Shown piece after piece: positions 39,408-49,180 of a stretch of DNA of 64,000 nucleotides. The DNA is taken from contig JBKDBG010000077.1 of assembly GCA_046314755.1 (NCBI GenBank), positions 2,152 through 66,151 of the forward strand. Reading direction: 5' to 3'. The position numbers were made by a program, and so were the translations under genes. Source of the stretch: Bacteroidota bacterium. Its GTDB lineage: Bacteria > Bacteroidota > Bacteroidia > UKL13-3. Position 1 is the first letter of the stretch. Each line of letters starts with the position of its first letter. The notes beneath the pieces are model-generated. The model was not told where the DNA came from, ran no database searches, and saw only the letters and a program-made list of their open reading frames with translations.

Positions 39408-40103
39408 TTAAGATCTTGCATTAATCACTTTATAACCAACACCGTGCTCATTTAATATTTCAAGCGGGGTGTTGGTTTTGATTATTTTTCTCAATTTGGA
39501 AAGATAAACATCTAAACACTTGGAGGTGTATAAGTCATTTGATCCCCACACTTTTTCCATTAGGTCTTTTCGCGTTACTGTGTCATTGAAATTTTCAAAC
39601 AACAGTTTAATTAAATGAGCCTCTTTGGCGCTTAATTTAACAGAGCCATTCAATCCGATTAACAAACGTGTATTGTTATCAAAACTAATGGAAGAGGGAA
39701 AGCCAGGGTTACCATTCCTTTCAGAAGTTGATTTCTGTGTTCTTCTCATTATTGCATCTACGCGCAATACCAATTCACGTAACTGAAAAGGCTTTTGGAT
39801 GTAATCATCACATCCGGCTTCAAACGCAGAGTATTTGGTTTGTACATCATCATTGGCCGTCACAAATAGGATAGGAACTGCTTGGTCGCTTGAACGAATT
39901 TGTCGAGCAAGTGTAATTCCATCCATATCCGGTAGGGAATAATCTAAAATGCAAATATCGTACGTGTTTGGTTTAAAAATTTTAGTGGCCTCCGTTCCGG
40001 ATTTACACCACTGCACTTGAGAGCCGTTTCCTGTAAAAACAGCTTCAATAAGATTTCCAATAGAGGAATCATCTTCAACTAGATAAATTCTATTAATTTT
40101 CAT
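39408..40103 (-). CDS. OmpR/PhoB-family response regulator (receiver plus winged-helix domains); no adjacent histidine kinase
   Basis: Receiver domain: IYLVEDD...ICILDYSLPDMDG...KPF. C-terminal domain: LSAKEAHLIKLL...LDVYLSKLRKII...GVGYKV. ATG 40103 is preferred over the TTG at 40109. Confidence 0.85.
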   Translation of the reverse strand: MKINRIYLVEDDSSIGNLIEAVFTGNGSQVQWCKSGTEATKIFKPNTYDICILDYSLPDMDGITLARQIRSSDQAVPILFVTANDDVQTKYSAFEAGCDDYIQKPFQLRELVLRVDAIMRRTQKSTSERNGNPGFPSSISFDNNTRLLIGLNGSVKLSAKEAHLIKLLFENFNDTVTRKDLMEKVWGSNDLYTSKCLDVYLSKLRKIIKTNTPLEILNEHGVGYKVINARS

Positions 40104-40304
40104 AGGCAATTAGGCTTAATGGAGTTCCTTAAGTTGATAAGAATCCATCATGCCACGAAGTTAAAATATGATTTGGTTAAAACATTGTTTTATTTGATAA
40201 ACGGTGGTATTAAGAGAAAATTATGATTTATGTGAGGAGGCCAAACAATTTTACAAATAGGTTGTATAAGTAATTTAGATTTAGTTTAAATAAATTAATA
40301 ATAG

Positions 40305-40312
40305 TACATTTG
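40305..40312 (+). promoter_or_regulatory. Candidate -7 promoter box TACATTTG for the suf operon
   Basis: Exact TAnnTTTG match 13 nt upstream of the sufB ATG at 40326. Confidence 0.4.
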
Positions 40313-40325
40313 TGCCTCAATAATT

Positions 40326-41771
40326 ATGGCAGAAGAAATAGATATCATTGATCAGGTTGTAAGTCAGGAATACAAGTACGGATTTACAACCAATATTGAA
40401 ATGGAAACTGCCCCAAAGGGGTTGAATGAAGATATTGTTCGATTTATTTCGGCAAAAAAGAATGAACCGGAATGGATGCTCGAGTACAGGTTAAAAGCCT
40501 ATCAGCATTGGTTAAGTATGGAAGAGCCAAAATGGCAAAACTTCTCGTATCCGAAGGTAAATTACCAAGATGTTATTTTTTATGCAGCACCTAAGGAAAA
40601 GAAGAAGTTAAACAGCCTTGATGAGGTTGACCCGGAGTTGCTTAAAACCTTCGAAAAGTTGGGCATTTCTTTAGATGAGCAAAAACGTTTGACCGGAGTA
40701 GCCGTTGATGCCGTGTTTGATTCGGTGTCAATTGCCACTACTTTTAAAGATCAATTAAAAGAAAAGGGCATCATTTTTTGTTCAATGAGTGAAGCCGTAC
40801 ATGAACATCCTGAGTTGGTGAAGAAATATTTGGGTTCGGTTGTACCGCACACCGATAACTATTTTGCTGCTTTAAATGCTGCAGTATTTAGTGACGGGTC
40901 GTTTGTATACATTCCTAAAGGAGTGAGATGCCCAATGGAATTGTCAACCTACTTTAGAATTAACGCTGAAAATACCGGCCAATTTGAAAGAACCCTGATT
41001 ATTGCAGATGAAAATTCATATGTAAGTTATTTGGAAGGTTGCACAGCTCCAATGCGTGATGAAAATCAATTGCATGCAGCTGTAGTTGAGTTAGTAGCCT
41101 TAGACCGAGCAGAGATTAAATACTCAACCGTACAAAATTGGTATCCGGGTGATAAGGACGGTAAAGGAGGAATTTACAACTTCGTAACCAAACGCGGCAT
41201 TTGTATGGGTGATTATTCAAAAATCAGCTGGACGCAAGTGGAGACCGGAAGCGCCATTACTTGGAAATATCCAAGTTGTATTTTAAAAGGTGATTATTCG
41301 GTAGGTGAATTCTTTTCGGTAGCCGTAACCAATAATATGCAACAAGCCGATACCGGAACCAAAATGATTCATATAGGTAAGCATTCGAAAAGCCGAATTG
41401 TGTCAAAAGGTATATCAGCAGGTAAATCTCATAATACCTATCGCGGATTGGTGAAGGTGAATAAAAAAGCAGATTCAGCAAGGAATTACACTCAATGTGA
41501 CAGTATGTTAATTGGAGATCGTTGCGGTGCGCATACTTTTCCATATATCGAAATTAACAATAAATCGGCCATGGTTGAACATGAAGCCAGTACCTCTAAA
41601 ATTGGTGAAGATCAAATTTTTTATTGTAACCAACGCGGTATTGGAACAGAAGAAGCCATTAGTTTAATTGTAAATGGTTTTTGCCGCGAAGTATTAAACC
41701 AATTGCCAATGGAGTTTGCTGTTGAAGCACAAAAATTGTTAGCGGTTTCATTAGAAGGCTCTGTAGGTTAA
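40326..41771 (+). CDS. sufB: Fe-S cluster assembly scaffold protein SufB
   Basis: Highly conserved SufB sequence throughout, for example [11 protein letters not shown]...[17 protein letters not shown]. Confidence 0.95.
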   Translation: MAEEIDIIDQVVSQEYKYGFTTNIEMETAPKGLNEDIVRFISAKKNEPEWMLEYRLKAYQHWLSMEEPKWQNFSYPKVNYQDVIFYAAPKEKKKLNSLDEVDPELLKTFEKLGISLDEQKRLTGVAVDAVFDSVSIATTFKDQLKEKGIIFCSMSEAVHEHPELVKKYLGSVVPHTDNYFAALNAAVFSDGSFVYIPKGVRCPMELSTYFRINAENTGQFERTLIIADENSYVSYLEGCTAPMRDENQLHAAVVELVALDRAEIKYSTVQNWYPGDKDGKGGIYNFVTKRGICMGDYSKISWTQVETGSAITWKYPSCILKGDYSVGEFFSVAVTNNMQQADTGTKMIHIGKHSKSRIVSKGISAGKSHNTYRGLVKVNKKADSARNYTQCDSMLIGDRCGAHTFPYIEINNKSAMVEHEASTSKIGEDQIFYCNQRGIGTEEAISLIVNGFCREVLNQLPMEFAVEAQKLLAVSLEGSVG

Positions 41772-41815
41772 TCAATATTCATCATTATCAAATTCAAATT
41801 ATTACACTTAATATC

Positions 41816-42577
41816 ATGCTAGAAATAAAAAATCTGCACGCGGAAATTGAAGGAAAAAAAATCCTAAATGGAATAAATTTAACGGTTAAGCCGGGAGAAG
41901 TTCATGCTATTATGGGGCCTAACGGTGCAGGTAAAAGTACTTTATCATCGGTATTGGCAGGTCGTGCTGATTATATGGTAACAGGTGGTGAAATTATTTT
42001 TGAAGGGAAAGACTTATTAGAAATGTCTCCTGAAGACCGTGCACGTGAAGGGGTGTTCTTGGCGTTTCAATATCCGGTTGAAATTCCAGGGGTAAGTACC
42101 ACCAACTTTTTAAAAACCGCCATTAACGAAAAACGCAAATACCAAGGATTAGAACCCATGGAGGCAACTGATTTCTTGAAATTTATGCGTGAAAAAATGG
42201 AGCTGATGGAAATGGATAAGGCCTTAACCTCACGCAGTTTAAACGAAGGATTTAGCGGTGGTGAGAAAAAGCGTAATGAGGTTTTTCAAATGGCTATGCT
42301 TGAGCCAAAATTAGCGATTATGGATGAGACTGATTCCGGTTTGGATATTGATGCCTTAAGATTGGTTTCAAATGGGGTGAATAAATTACGTAATACCGAG
42401 CGTTCGTTTGTGGTGATAACCCATTACCAACGTTTGTTAGATTATATTGTGCCTGATTATGTACATGTATTATACAAAGGCCGTATTGTGAAAAGTGGTG
42501 ATGCCGGATTGGCCAAAGAATTAGAAGCTAAAGGTTACGATTGGATCAAGGCTGAAGTTGAAGCAGCATCGGTGTAA
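41816..42577 (+). CDS. sufC: Fe-S cluster assembly ATPase SufC
   Basis: Walker [10 protein letters not shown], signature [10 protein letters not shown] and Walker [12 protein letters not shown]. Confidence 0.95.
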   Translation: MLEIKNLHAEIEGKKILNGINLTVKPGEVHAIMGPNGAGKSTLSSVLAGRADYMVTGGEIIFEGKDLLEMSPEDRAREGVFLAFQYPVEIPGVSTTNFLKTAINEKRKYQGLEPMEATDFLKFMREKMELMEMDKALTSRSLNEGFSGGEKKRNEVFQMAMLEPKLAIMDETDSGLDIDALRLVSNGVNKLRNTERSFVVITHYQRLLDYIVPDYVHVLYKGRIVKSGDAGLAKELEAKGYDWIKAEVEAASV

Positions 42578-42603
42578 GTTGGGCTTAATAATCAATAGTA
42601 ACA

Positions 42604-43893
42604 ATGAGTTTACAAGAAGTATTACAAAACGATTTTCAAGCATATCAGCAACAAGCAGACGACAATTCGTTTAGTCAACTGCGTAAAAAAGCTTATGCTG
42701 AATTTGAAAAATTAGGTTTCCCAACTACCAAACATGAGGAGTGGAAATACACTAACCTTAAACCTATTGCTGAGCAAAAATTCCAAAGCACTTGCGAAGT
42801 AAATTTATCTGCAATTGAGTTATTTAAGGCCTCGCCACTAAGTCATTTGGAAGCAAATGTGCTTGTGTTTGTGAACGGTACTTTTGTTGAGCAAGCCTCA
42901 AAAATTATTGAGCAAGAAGCATCCATTGTGATTACCACAGTTGCTCAAGCACGCATCAAACATGCTGAAGTGTTTACAAAACATTTCGGAAAATATGCCA
43001 ACATTGAAGGTATGGCTATGAATGCTTTAAATACGGCCTTGTTAAGTGATGGTGCTTTTATTTATGTTCCTGCAAGCAAATCAATTCAGCATCCTGTAAT
43101 TATTTATCATATTACCGATTCAACATCCATTCATTCGCTTTCGCAACCTCGCAACTTATTTGTGTTGGAGAAAAATGCAAATGCCCAAGTGATTGAATCG
43201 TATGTGAGTACAGGTGACTTAAAATCGTTTACTAATGTGGTAAATGAGGTTTATGCAGATGAACAAGCCCAATTGGAGTTGTATAAAATTCAACAACAAA
43301 GCGGTGATGCGTACCACAATAATTTTACCCAGGTGTTTCAAGAAGGTAATACCAATATCAACCATGTTACCTTAACATTGGATGGCAATTGGACACGCAA
43401 CAATTTACATTTTTACATGAATGGTGAAAATTGCAACACATTACTTTACGGATTATATGTAACCGATGGTAAGCAGTTTGTTGACAACCACACCCGTGTA
43501 GATCATGCCAAACCAAATTGCTTTAGTGACGAAAAGTATAAAGGTGTGTTAAAAGACAAATCTGTTGCGGTTTTTAACGGTAAAATAATGGTTCATTTAG
43601 ATGCACAAAAAACCAATGCGTATCAACGTAACCAAAATATTTTATTGAGTGATGAAGCCACTGTAAACACTAAGCCTCAGTTAGAAATTTTTGCTGATGA
43701 TGTAAAATGTACGCATGGTGCTACCATTGGTCAGTTGGACGAAGAGCCTATGTTTTATTTACGCAGTAGAGGTATTCCTGAAAACGTTGCGCGCAAGTTA
43801 TTGCTTAATGCCTTTGCAGATGATATTGCCGAAAAAATAAAAATTCCGGAATTGGTAGCCATAATGGAAGAGCAGATAGAAAAGAAGATATAG
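42604..43893 (+). CDS. sufD: Fe-S cluster assembly protein SufD
   Basis: The C-terminal SufBD domain (KPQLEIFADDVKCTHGATIGQLDEE) and its position after sufC. Confidence 0.9.
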   Translation: MSLQEVLQNDFQAYQQQADDNSFSQLRKKAYAEFEKLGFPTTKHEEWKYTNLKPIAEQKFQSTCEVNLSAIELFKASPLSHLEANVLVFVNGTFVEQASKIIEQEASIVITTVAQARIKHAEVFTKHFGKYANIEGMAMNALNTALLSDGAFIYVPASKSIQHPVIIYHITDSTSIHSLSQPRNLFVLEKNANAQVIESYVSTGDLKSFTNVVNEVYADEQAQLELYKIQQQSGDAYHNNFTQVFQEGNTNINHVTLTLDGNWTRNNLHFYMNGENCNTLLYGLYVTDGKQFVDNHTRVDHAKPNCFSDEKYKGVLKDKSVAVFNGKIMVHLDAQKTNAYQRNQNILLSDEATVNTKPQLEIFADDVKCTHGATIGQLDEEPMFYLRSRGIPENVARKLLLNAFADDIAEKIKIPELVAIMEEQIEKKI

Positions 43894-43917
43894 ATGTAAA
43901 CACAGATTACCACATTA

Positions 43918-43969
43918 CACCTAAGAGTTTAACCACTAAGCGCACAAAGTATGCACGAAGGTCACCAAG
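43918..43969 (+). repeat. Upstream array of CACNAAG heptamers flanking the GxxExxY gene
   Basis: CACTAAG at 43934, CACAAAG at 43943, CACGAAG at 43954 and CACCAAG at 43963, with spacings of 9, 11 and 9 nt. A related CACCTAAG lies at 43918. Confidence 0.7.
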
Positions 43970-44343
43970 ATAAGGCTTTGGAGAATTTGGCAACCGAGGT
44001 AATAGGTCATTCGATTCAAGTGCACAAAAAGCTAGGACCGGGTTTACTTGAAAATGCTTACAAGGAATGTTTGCTTTACGAATTACATAAAAATAATTTG
44101 TATGCACAGAAAGAAGTAATGATGCCTTTGGTGTATGAGGAAGTTAAATTGGATGCAGGATATAGAATTGATATTTTGGTTGAGAATAAACTTGTTATTG
44201 AATTAAAAGCTGTTGATGCATTAAATGATGTTCACCTTGCACAGATTCTCACGTATCTAAAAGTGGGGAATTTTAAGTTTGGTTTATTAATGAATTTTAA
44301 TGTAAAAATGCTTAAACATGGTATCAGGCGCGTAATACTATAA
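43951..44343 (+). CDS. GxxExxY family protein (PD-(D/E)XK nuclease-like fold)
   Basis: LGPGLLENAYKECLLYEL carries the G-x-x-E-x-x-Y motif. It is followed by GYRIDILVENKLVIELKAV (a D...E-x-K-like core). 130 aa. Confidence 0.8.
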   Translation: MHEGHQDKALENLATEVIGHSIQVHKKLGPGLLENAYKECLLYELHKNNLYAQKEVMMPLVYEEVKLDAGYRIDILVENKLVIELKAVDALNDVHLAQILTYLKVGNFKFGLLMNFNVKMLKHGIRRVIL

Positions 44344-44396
44344 CTTAGTGTACTTTGTGCTCCTGATAGTCATCTGGGCTTTGGGTCCTTTGTGGT
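44344..44396 (+). repeat. Downstream array of inverted heptamers (CTTNGTG, the reverse complement of CACNAAG)
   Basis: CTTAGTG at 44344, CTTTGTG at 44353, CTTTGGG at 44379 and CTTTGTG at 44388, i.e. two pairs each spaced 9 nt. The distal CTTTGTGGT (44388-44396) is the near-complement of ACCACTAAG (43932-43940). Confidence 0.7.
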
Positions 44397-44403
44397 AAAA
44401 AAG

Positions 44404-45627
44404 ATGAATGTAGAATTAAAAAATATCCGTATTCAGTTTCCAATTCTCCACCAAGAGGTGAATGGTAAACCTTTGATATATTTTGATAATGCCGCTACTA
44501 CACAAAAGCCTAAACGTGTGATAGATGCCTTGCAAAAATATTACACACTGGATAATGCTAACATACACAGGGCTGCACACACACTCGCATCTCGATCAAC
44601 CGAATATTTTGAAGATACCCGTAAAGCCATTCAACAATTTATTAATGCCCGTGAAGAGGCTGAATGTATTTTCACCAAAGGCGTAACGGAAAGCATCAAT
44701 TTGGTAGCCCAAACCTGGGGTAGAAAGTTTTTACAACCGGGCGATGAGGTGCTTATTACCACCATGGAGCACCACAGCAATATTGTTCCGTGGCAAATGA
44801 TATGTGAAGAAAAGGGGGCATTGCTAAAGGTGATTCCTATTAATGAGGCAGGTGAGTTGTTGATGGATGAGTTTGATAAATTACTCTCTTCAAAAACCAA
44901 AATGGTAGCTTGCGTTTGGGTGAGCAACGCATTGGGCACCATTAATCCGGTAAAAGAAATCATAACGAAAGCTCATACAGTTGGCGCAAAAGTATTGTTG
45001 GATGGCGCACAAGCTTGTTCACATATACAAGTTGATGTACAAGAATTAGATTGTGATTTTTTAACCGTTTCGTCACACAAACTTTATGGACCAACCGGAG
45101 TGGGCGTGTTGTATGGTAAACGCGAATTGCTGGAAGCCATGCCGCCATACCAAGGTGGTGGTGAAATGATTAAAGAAGTTACTTTTAATAAAACTACCTA
45201 CAACGAAATACCTTATAAATTTGAAGCCGGTACACCAAATATTGCAGATGTAATTGCATTTAAATATGCCTTAGATTTTGTGAATGAATTGGGTAAGCCT
45301 GCAATTGCAGCCCATGAAGACAAATTGCTTCAACATTTTGTAAACGGAGTGAAAACATTATCCGGTATCACTTTAGTTGGAACAGCAGCGAACAAAATAT
45401 CAGTTCAGTCATTTGTGTTCAACAACATGCACCACTTTGATGCCGGTATGATGCTTGATGCCAAAGGAATTGCAGTGCGTACAGGTCATCATTGTACCCA
45501 ACCGCTTATGCAGCGTTTTGGTTTAGATGGAACAGTTCGTGCTTCGTTTGCGGTGTACAATACTTTAGAGGAAGTAGATGTGTTGATTGACGCCTTACAT
45601 AAGTTGGCTAATTTTTCAAATGCATAA
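44404..45627 (+). CDS. sufS: Cysteine desulfurase SufS (class V aminotransferase, group II)
   Basis: PLP-lysine region SSHKLYGPTG and catalytic-Cys loop RTGHHCTQPL. ATG 44404 is preferred over the track GTG at 44392, which lies in the heptamer array. Confidence 0.92.
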   Translation: MNVELKNIRIQFPILHQEVNGKPLIYFDNAATTQKPKRVIDALQKYYTLDNANIHRAAHTLASRSTEYFEDTRKAIQQFINAREEAECIFTKGVTESINLVAQTWGRKFLQPGDEVLITTMEHHSNIVPWQMICEEKGALLKVIPINEAGELLMDEFDKLLSSKTKMVACVWVSNALGTINPVKEIITKAHTVGAKVLLDGAQACSHIQVDVQELDCDFLTVSSHKLYGPTGVGVLYGKRELLEAMPPYQGGGEMIKEVTFNKTTYNEIPYKFEAGTPNIADVIAFKYALDFVNELGKPAIAAHEDKLLQHFVNGVKTLSGITLVGTAANKISVQSFVFNNMHHFDAGMMLDAKGIAVRTGHHCTQPLMQRFGLDGTVRASFAVYNTLEEVDVLIDALHKLANFSNA

Positions 45628-45629
45628 TC

Positions 45630-46076
45630 ATGAATGATAAAAATACGGTAGATATCCAAAACGAAATCATCGAAAACTTTTTGTTGTTTGATGGAGATAT
45701 GGAACAAACGCTTTTTTACCTGATGGATTTAGGTAAGAAATTACCGGCCATGCCGGTAGAACATAAAACGGAAGAGTTTATCGTGAAAGGCTGTCAAAGT
45801 AAAGTGTGGGTTTATCCAAGCTTAAAAGATGGGCAAGTTTATTTTGAAGCCGACAGCAATACAGAAATCACCAAAGGATTATTGTACTTGCTTTGGAGCA
45901 TTTGGAATGGAAAAAAACCGGAAGAAATTATACAAACAGATTTGTTTTTTATTGATAAAATAGGCATGAGCCGAATGATTGGAAGCCAACGCAGCAATGG
46001 TTTTGCAAGCATGATTCAAAAAATGAAAATGTATGCATTGGCCTATCAATCACAACAACCTAAAAATACAATTTAA
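45630..46076 (+). CDS. sufE: SufE-family sulfur acceptor protein
   Basis: VKGCQSKVW active-site Cys motif. 148 aa, immediately after sufS. Confidence 0.85.
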   Translation: MNDKNTVDIQNEIIENFLLFDGDMEQTLFYLMDLGKKLPAMPVEHKTEEFIVKGCQSKVWVYPSLKDGQVYFEADSNTEITKGLLYLLWSIWNGKKPEEIIQTDLFFIDKIGMSRMIGSQRSNGFASMIQKMKMYALAYQSQQPKNTI

Positions 46077-46079
46077 ACC

Positions 46080-46421
46080 ATGGAAGAAACAACAGAAAAC
46101 AACAGCCTACGCACTTTTGTAGATGTTCAAAACGAAGCCGTAAAAGTACTCCAAACGGTTTATGATCCTGAAATACCGGTGAACATTTATGAGTTGGGAT
46201 TAATTTATGAGGTAAATGTTGATCATGATTTAAATATAGAAATCATTATGTCATTAACATCACCATTTTGCCCTGCAGCTCAAAGTATGCCCGAAGAAAT
46301 AAAACAAAAGTTGAGTAGTATAGAAGGTGTTCAATCGGTAGAGGTTAAAATTACTTTTGATCCGCCATGGACACAAGACTTAATGAGTGAAGCCGCCAAG
46401 TTACAATTAGGATTTATGTAA
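46080..46421 (+). CDS. sufT: SUF-system Fe-S assembly protein, DUF59/MIP18 family (SufT-like)
   Basis: VYDPEIPVNIYELGLIY...LTSPFCPAA is the DUF59 signature. Confidence 0.8.
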   Translation: MEETTENNSLRTFVDVQNEAVKVLQTVYDPEIPVNIYELGLIYEVNVDHDLNIEIIMSLTSPFCPAAQSMPEEIKQKLSSIEGVQSVEVKITFDPPWTQDLMSEAAKLQLGFM

Positions 46422-46423
46422 GA

Positions 46424-46451
46424 TAAAAGCTCCGTAATCGGAGCTTTTTTT
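46424..46451 (+). terminator. Rho-independent terminator of the suf operon
   Basis: Stem AGCTCCG/CGGAGCT with a 4-nt loop, then TTTTTT. Confidence 0.8.
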
Positions 46452-46533
46452 ATACTTTACATATTTAATAGTTATTAAAAAAATTAATGTATTTGTTTCA
46501 TAGTCATTAATTAATATCTTCGATTTTCCTATC

Positions 46534-49107
46534 ATGAAACGGATACTATTTCTATTGTGGTTTGCGGCCGTAGCGGTTGTAGCCACCAATGCACAACAAG
46601 CAACTGAATCAGTAATTAAATCAAAATTATTAGAAGCAGGTTTAACACCTGTTGATGTTAATGAAGTTTTGGTTACAGATAAGTATCAAACCAAACACAA
46701 CGGGGTAACCCACATTTATTTTAAACAGGTTTACCAAGGTATTGAAGTGGATAACGCGGTTGGCGCCATTCATATTAAAAACACAGAGGTAGTAGGTTTC
46801 AACCAAAATTTTGTGCAATCATTAGCTTCAAATGTTCAAGCGAAGCAGCCTTCTATCAATCCGAATCAAGCCATTGCAGCTACTGCACAGGTTTTAGGGT
46901 TGCAGTTGCCGGAGCAATTGAATAAAACAGGGTTAGAACTCACCAATAACAAATGTGAGCTTTCGGTTTCAAAAGAAATATCATCAGAGCCTATTAAAGT
47001 AAAGCTGGTGTATTATGTAACTGAAAAAAATGAAGTAAAACTTACTTATCAAACCAATTGGTTAGATGAGAAAACAGGCAATTGGTGGAATGTTTGGGTT
47101 GATGCACTTTCAGGTGCTTTCTTGTACAAGAATAACTGGAGTATTGCATGTAATCATCAGCATGCGCAAGGTCATGTGCATTCGCATCATGCATCTGTCA
47201 ACACCAATCTTCAAATTCAAAAAACATTACAATCATTAAGCAAAAAATCAGCTACAATCAGTTACCGCGCCTTGCCAATTGGAGTTGAAAGTCCTGCACA
47301 TGGGGAACGCGTGTTGTTAACCAATCCTTGGGATTCATTAGCTTCTCCTTACGGTTGGCATGATACCGATGGTGTTGCAGGTGCTGATCACAGCATTACC
47401 AAAGGCAACAACGTATTTGCTTATGAAGATGCAAATAATAGGAACGCTCCCGGTTACAGCCCTGATGCAGGAGAGAGCATGATATTTGATTACCCTTATG
47501 ATACCATGGGTACTCCTCAGTTTAATTTAAATGCAGCCATTACCAACTTATTTGTATGGAATAACTTCATGCATGATGTGTTCTATCATTACGGTTTTGA
47601 TGAAGAATCGGGTAATTTCCAATTGAATAATTATGGCCGTGGAGGTGAAGATAATGATGCGGTTAATGCCGAAGCACAAGACGGAAGCGGTACTAACAAT
47701 GCCAACTTTGCTACACCTGCGGATGGAGCAAAGCCTCGTATGCAAATGTACTTGTGGAATCGCCCTTCTGCACCCGCAGCGCGATTGTTTGTAGAAACAA
47801 GCAATACTAAAGATTCATTTACTTATGCAACTTCTTCTATTGGCCCGAAGGAAATAGACTTTACCAACGTGGAAGTTGTTTTGGTAAGAGATACCGCAAC
47901 CGGATCTACTTTAGGATGTAACCCAATAACGCAAGACTTAACCGGAAAAATTGCATTAATTGATAGGGGAACATGTGCTTTTGTTCAAAAAATACGTAAT
48001 GCTCAAGCGGCAGGTGCCGTAATGGTAATTATTGCCAACAACCAAAATAATGCATTTAATATTACAGGTACAGCAAGTGATGTAACTATCCCTTCCATCA
48101 TGATTTCATCAAGCTCAGGTACAACCATAAAAAATAGGTTATTAAATGATACGGTGTATGCCACCATTAACAACGTTAACAGTATGGCCGGTGCATTTGA
48201 CAGTGACTTAGACAACGGGGTAATTGCCCACGAATACACCCACGGTATTTCTAATCGCTTAACAGGTGGTCCGTCAAACAGTAACTGTTTAACCAATCAA
48301 GAACAAGCAGGTGAGGGTTGGAGCGACTTTTTTGCCTTGGTGATTACTCATAGGGTAACTGATAATCCTGAAGTAGGAAGAGGTATTGCAACTTGGTTAG
48401 TTGGTCAGCCAAACTCAGGATTGGGTATCAGAAATTTCCGATACAGCCGTAACTTAAATGTTAATCCAACCACATATGATGATATTAGAACATTATCAAT
48501 TCCGCATGGTGTAGGTTCGGTTTGGTGTACCATGTTGTATGATTTGTATTGGAACCTGATTGATAAATATGGTTACGATGCTGATTTGTATGATGGAAAT
48601 GGTGGAAATAACCGTGCCATTCAATTGGTAATGGATGGAATGAAATTGCAACCATGTAATCCGGGGTTTGTTGATGCAAGAGATGCCATTTTACAAGCCA
48701 ATAAATTAAACAATAATGGCGAAGATACTGCTCTTATTTGGAGCACATTTGCCAGAAGAGGGTTAGGTTTTTCAGCCAAACAAGGTTTAGCAACATCAAG
48801 AAGCGATGGTACCGAAGCCTATGATTTACCTGTGGCCGGCAATACTTTTGTTGCTAAAATAAATGCAGAAACAGGTATGTCGTTTTGGCCAAATCCTACC
48901 AATGGAGCCATTGAATTTATGTTGCCTGAACAAGCGGTAAGTGCGCAAGTTGAATTGTATGATATTGCAGGTAAATTGGTTTTCCAACAACAAGTTACTG
49001 CCGATAACAGAAAATTAAATTTAGGAGAGTTACCTAATGGTGCTTATGTAATTAAAGCCACCAGCAACGGAAAAGTATTTACTTCTAAATTAATCATGGC
49101 GCATTAA
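46534..49107 (+). CDS. M36 (fungalysin) family metallopeptidase with PA-domain insert and T9SS C-terminal sorting domain
   Basis: Zinc motif VIAHEYTHGISNRLTGG. PA-like insert GKIALIDRGTCAFVQKIRNAQAAGAVMVIIANN. Signal peptide present. CTD: MSFWPNPTNGAIEF...GAYVIKATSNGKVFTSKLIMAH. Confidence 0.85.
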   Translation: MKRILFLLWFAAVAVVATNAQQATESVIKSKLLEAGLTPVDVNEVLVTDKYQTKHNGVTHIYFKQVYQGIEVDNAVGAIHIKNTEVVGFNQNFVQSLASNVQAKQPSINPNQAIAATAQVLGLQLPEQLNKTGLELTNNKCELSVSKEISSEPIKVKLVYYVTEKNEVKLTYQTNWLDEKTGNWWNVWVDALSGAFLYKNNWSIACNHQHAQGHVHSHHASVNTNLQIQKTLQSLSKKSATISYRALPIGVESPAHGERVLLTNPWDSLASPYGWHDTDGVAGADHSITKGNNVFAYEDANNRNAPGYSPDAGESMIFDYPYDTMGTPQFNLNAAITNLFVWNNFMHDVFYHYGFDEESGNFQLNNYGRGGEDNDAVNAEAQDGSGTNNANFATPADGAKPRMQMYLWNRPSAPAARLFVETSNTKDSFTYATSSIGPKEIDFTNVEVVLVRDTATGSTLGCNPITQDLTGKIALIDRGTCAFVQKIRNAQAAGAVMVIIANNQNNAFNITGTASDVTIPSIMISSSSGTTIKNRLLNDTVYATINNVNSMAGAFDSDLDNGVIAHEYTHGISNRLTGGPSNSNCLTNQEQAGEGWSDFFALVITHRVTDNPEVGRGIATWLVGQPNSGLGIRNFRYSRNLNVNPTTYDDIRTLSIPHGVGSVWCTMLYDLYWNLIDKYGYDADLYDGNGGNNRAIQLVMDGMKLQPCNPGFVDARDAILQANKLNNNGEDTALIWSTFARRGLGFSAKQGLATSRSDGTEAYDLPVAGNTFVAKINAETGMSFWPNPTNGAIEFMLPEQAVSAQVELYDIAGKLVFQQQVTADNRKLNLGELPNGAYVIKATSNGKVFTSKLIMAH

Positions 49108-49127
49108 GCTGCTTTGAATACATCAAT

Positions 49128-49160
49128 AAAAAAGCCATCCGAAACGGATGGCTTTTTTTT
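49128..49160. terminator. Bidirectional rho-independent terminator
   Basis: A-run, stem GCCATCCG/CGGATGGC with a 3-nt loop, then T8. It sits between convergent genes. Confidence 0.8.
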
Positions 49161-49180
49161 ATGCCTAAGGTTGTGACAAT

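Noticed and set aside
43907-44107. 66 aa minus-strand ORF
   Set aside because: It is antisense to the GxxExxY gene and the heptamer array, with no family resemblance.
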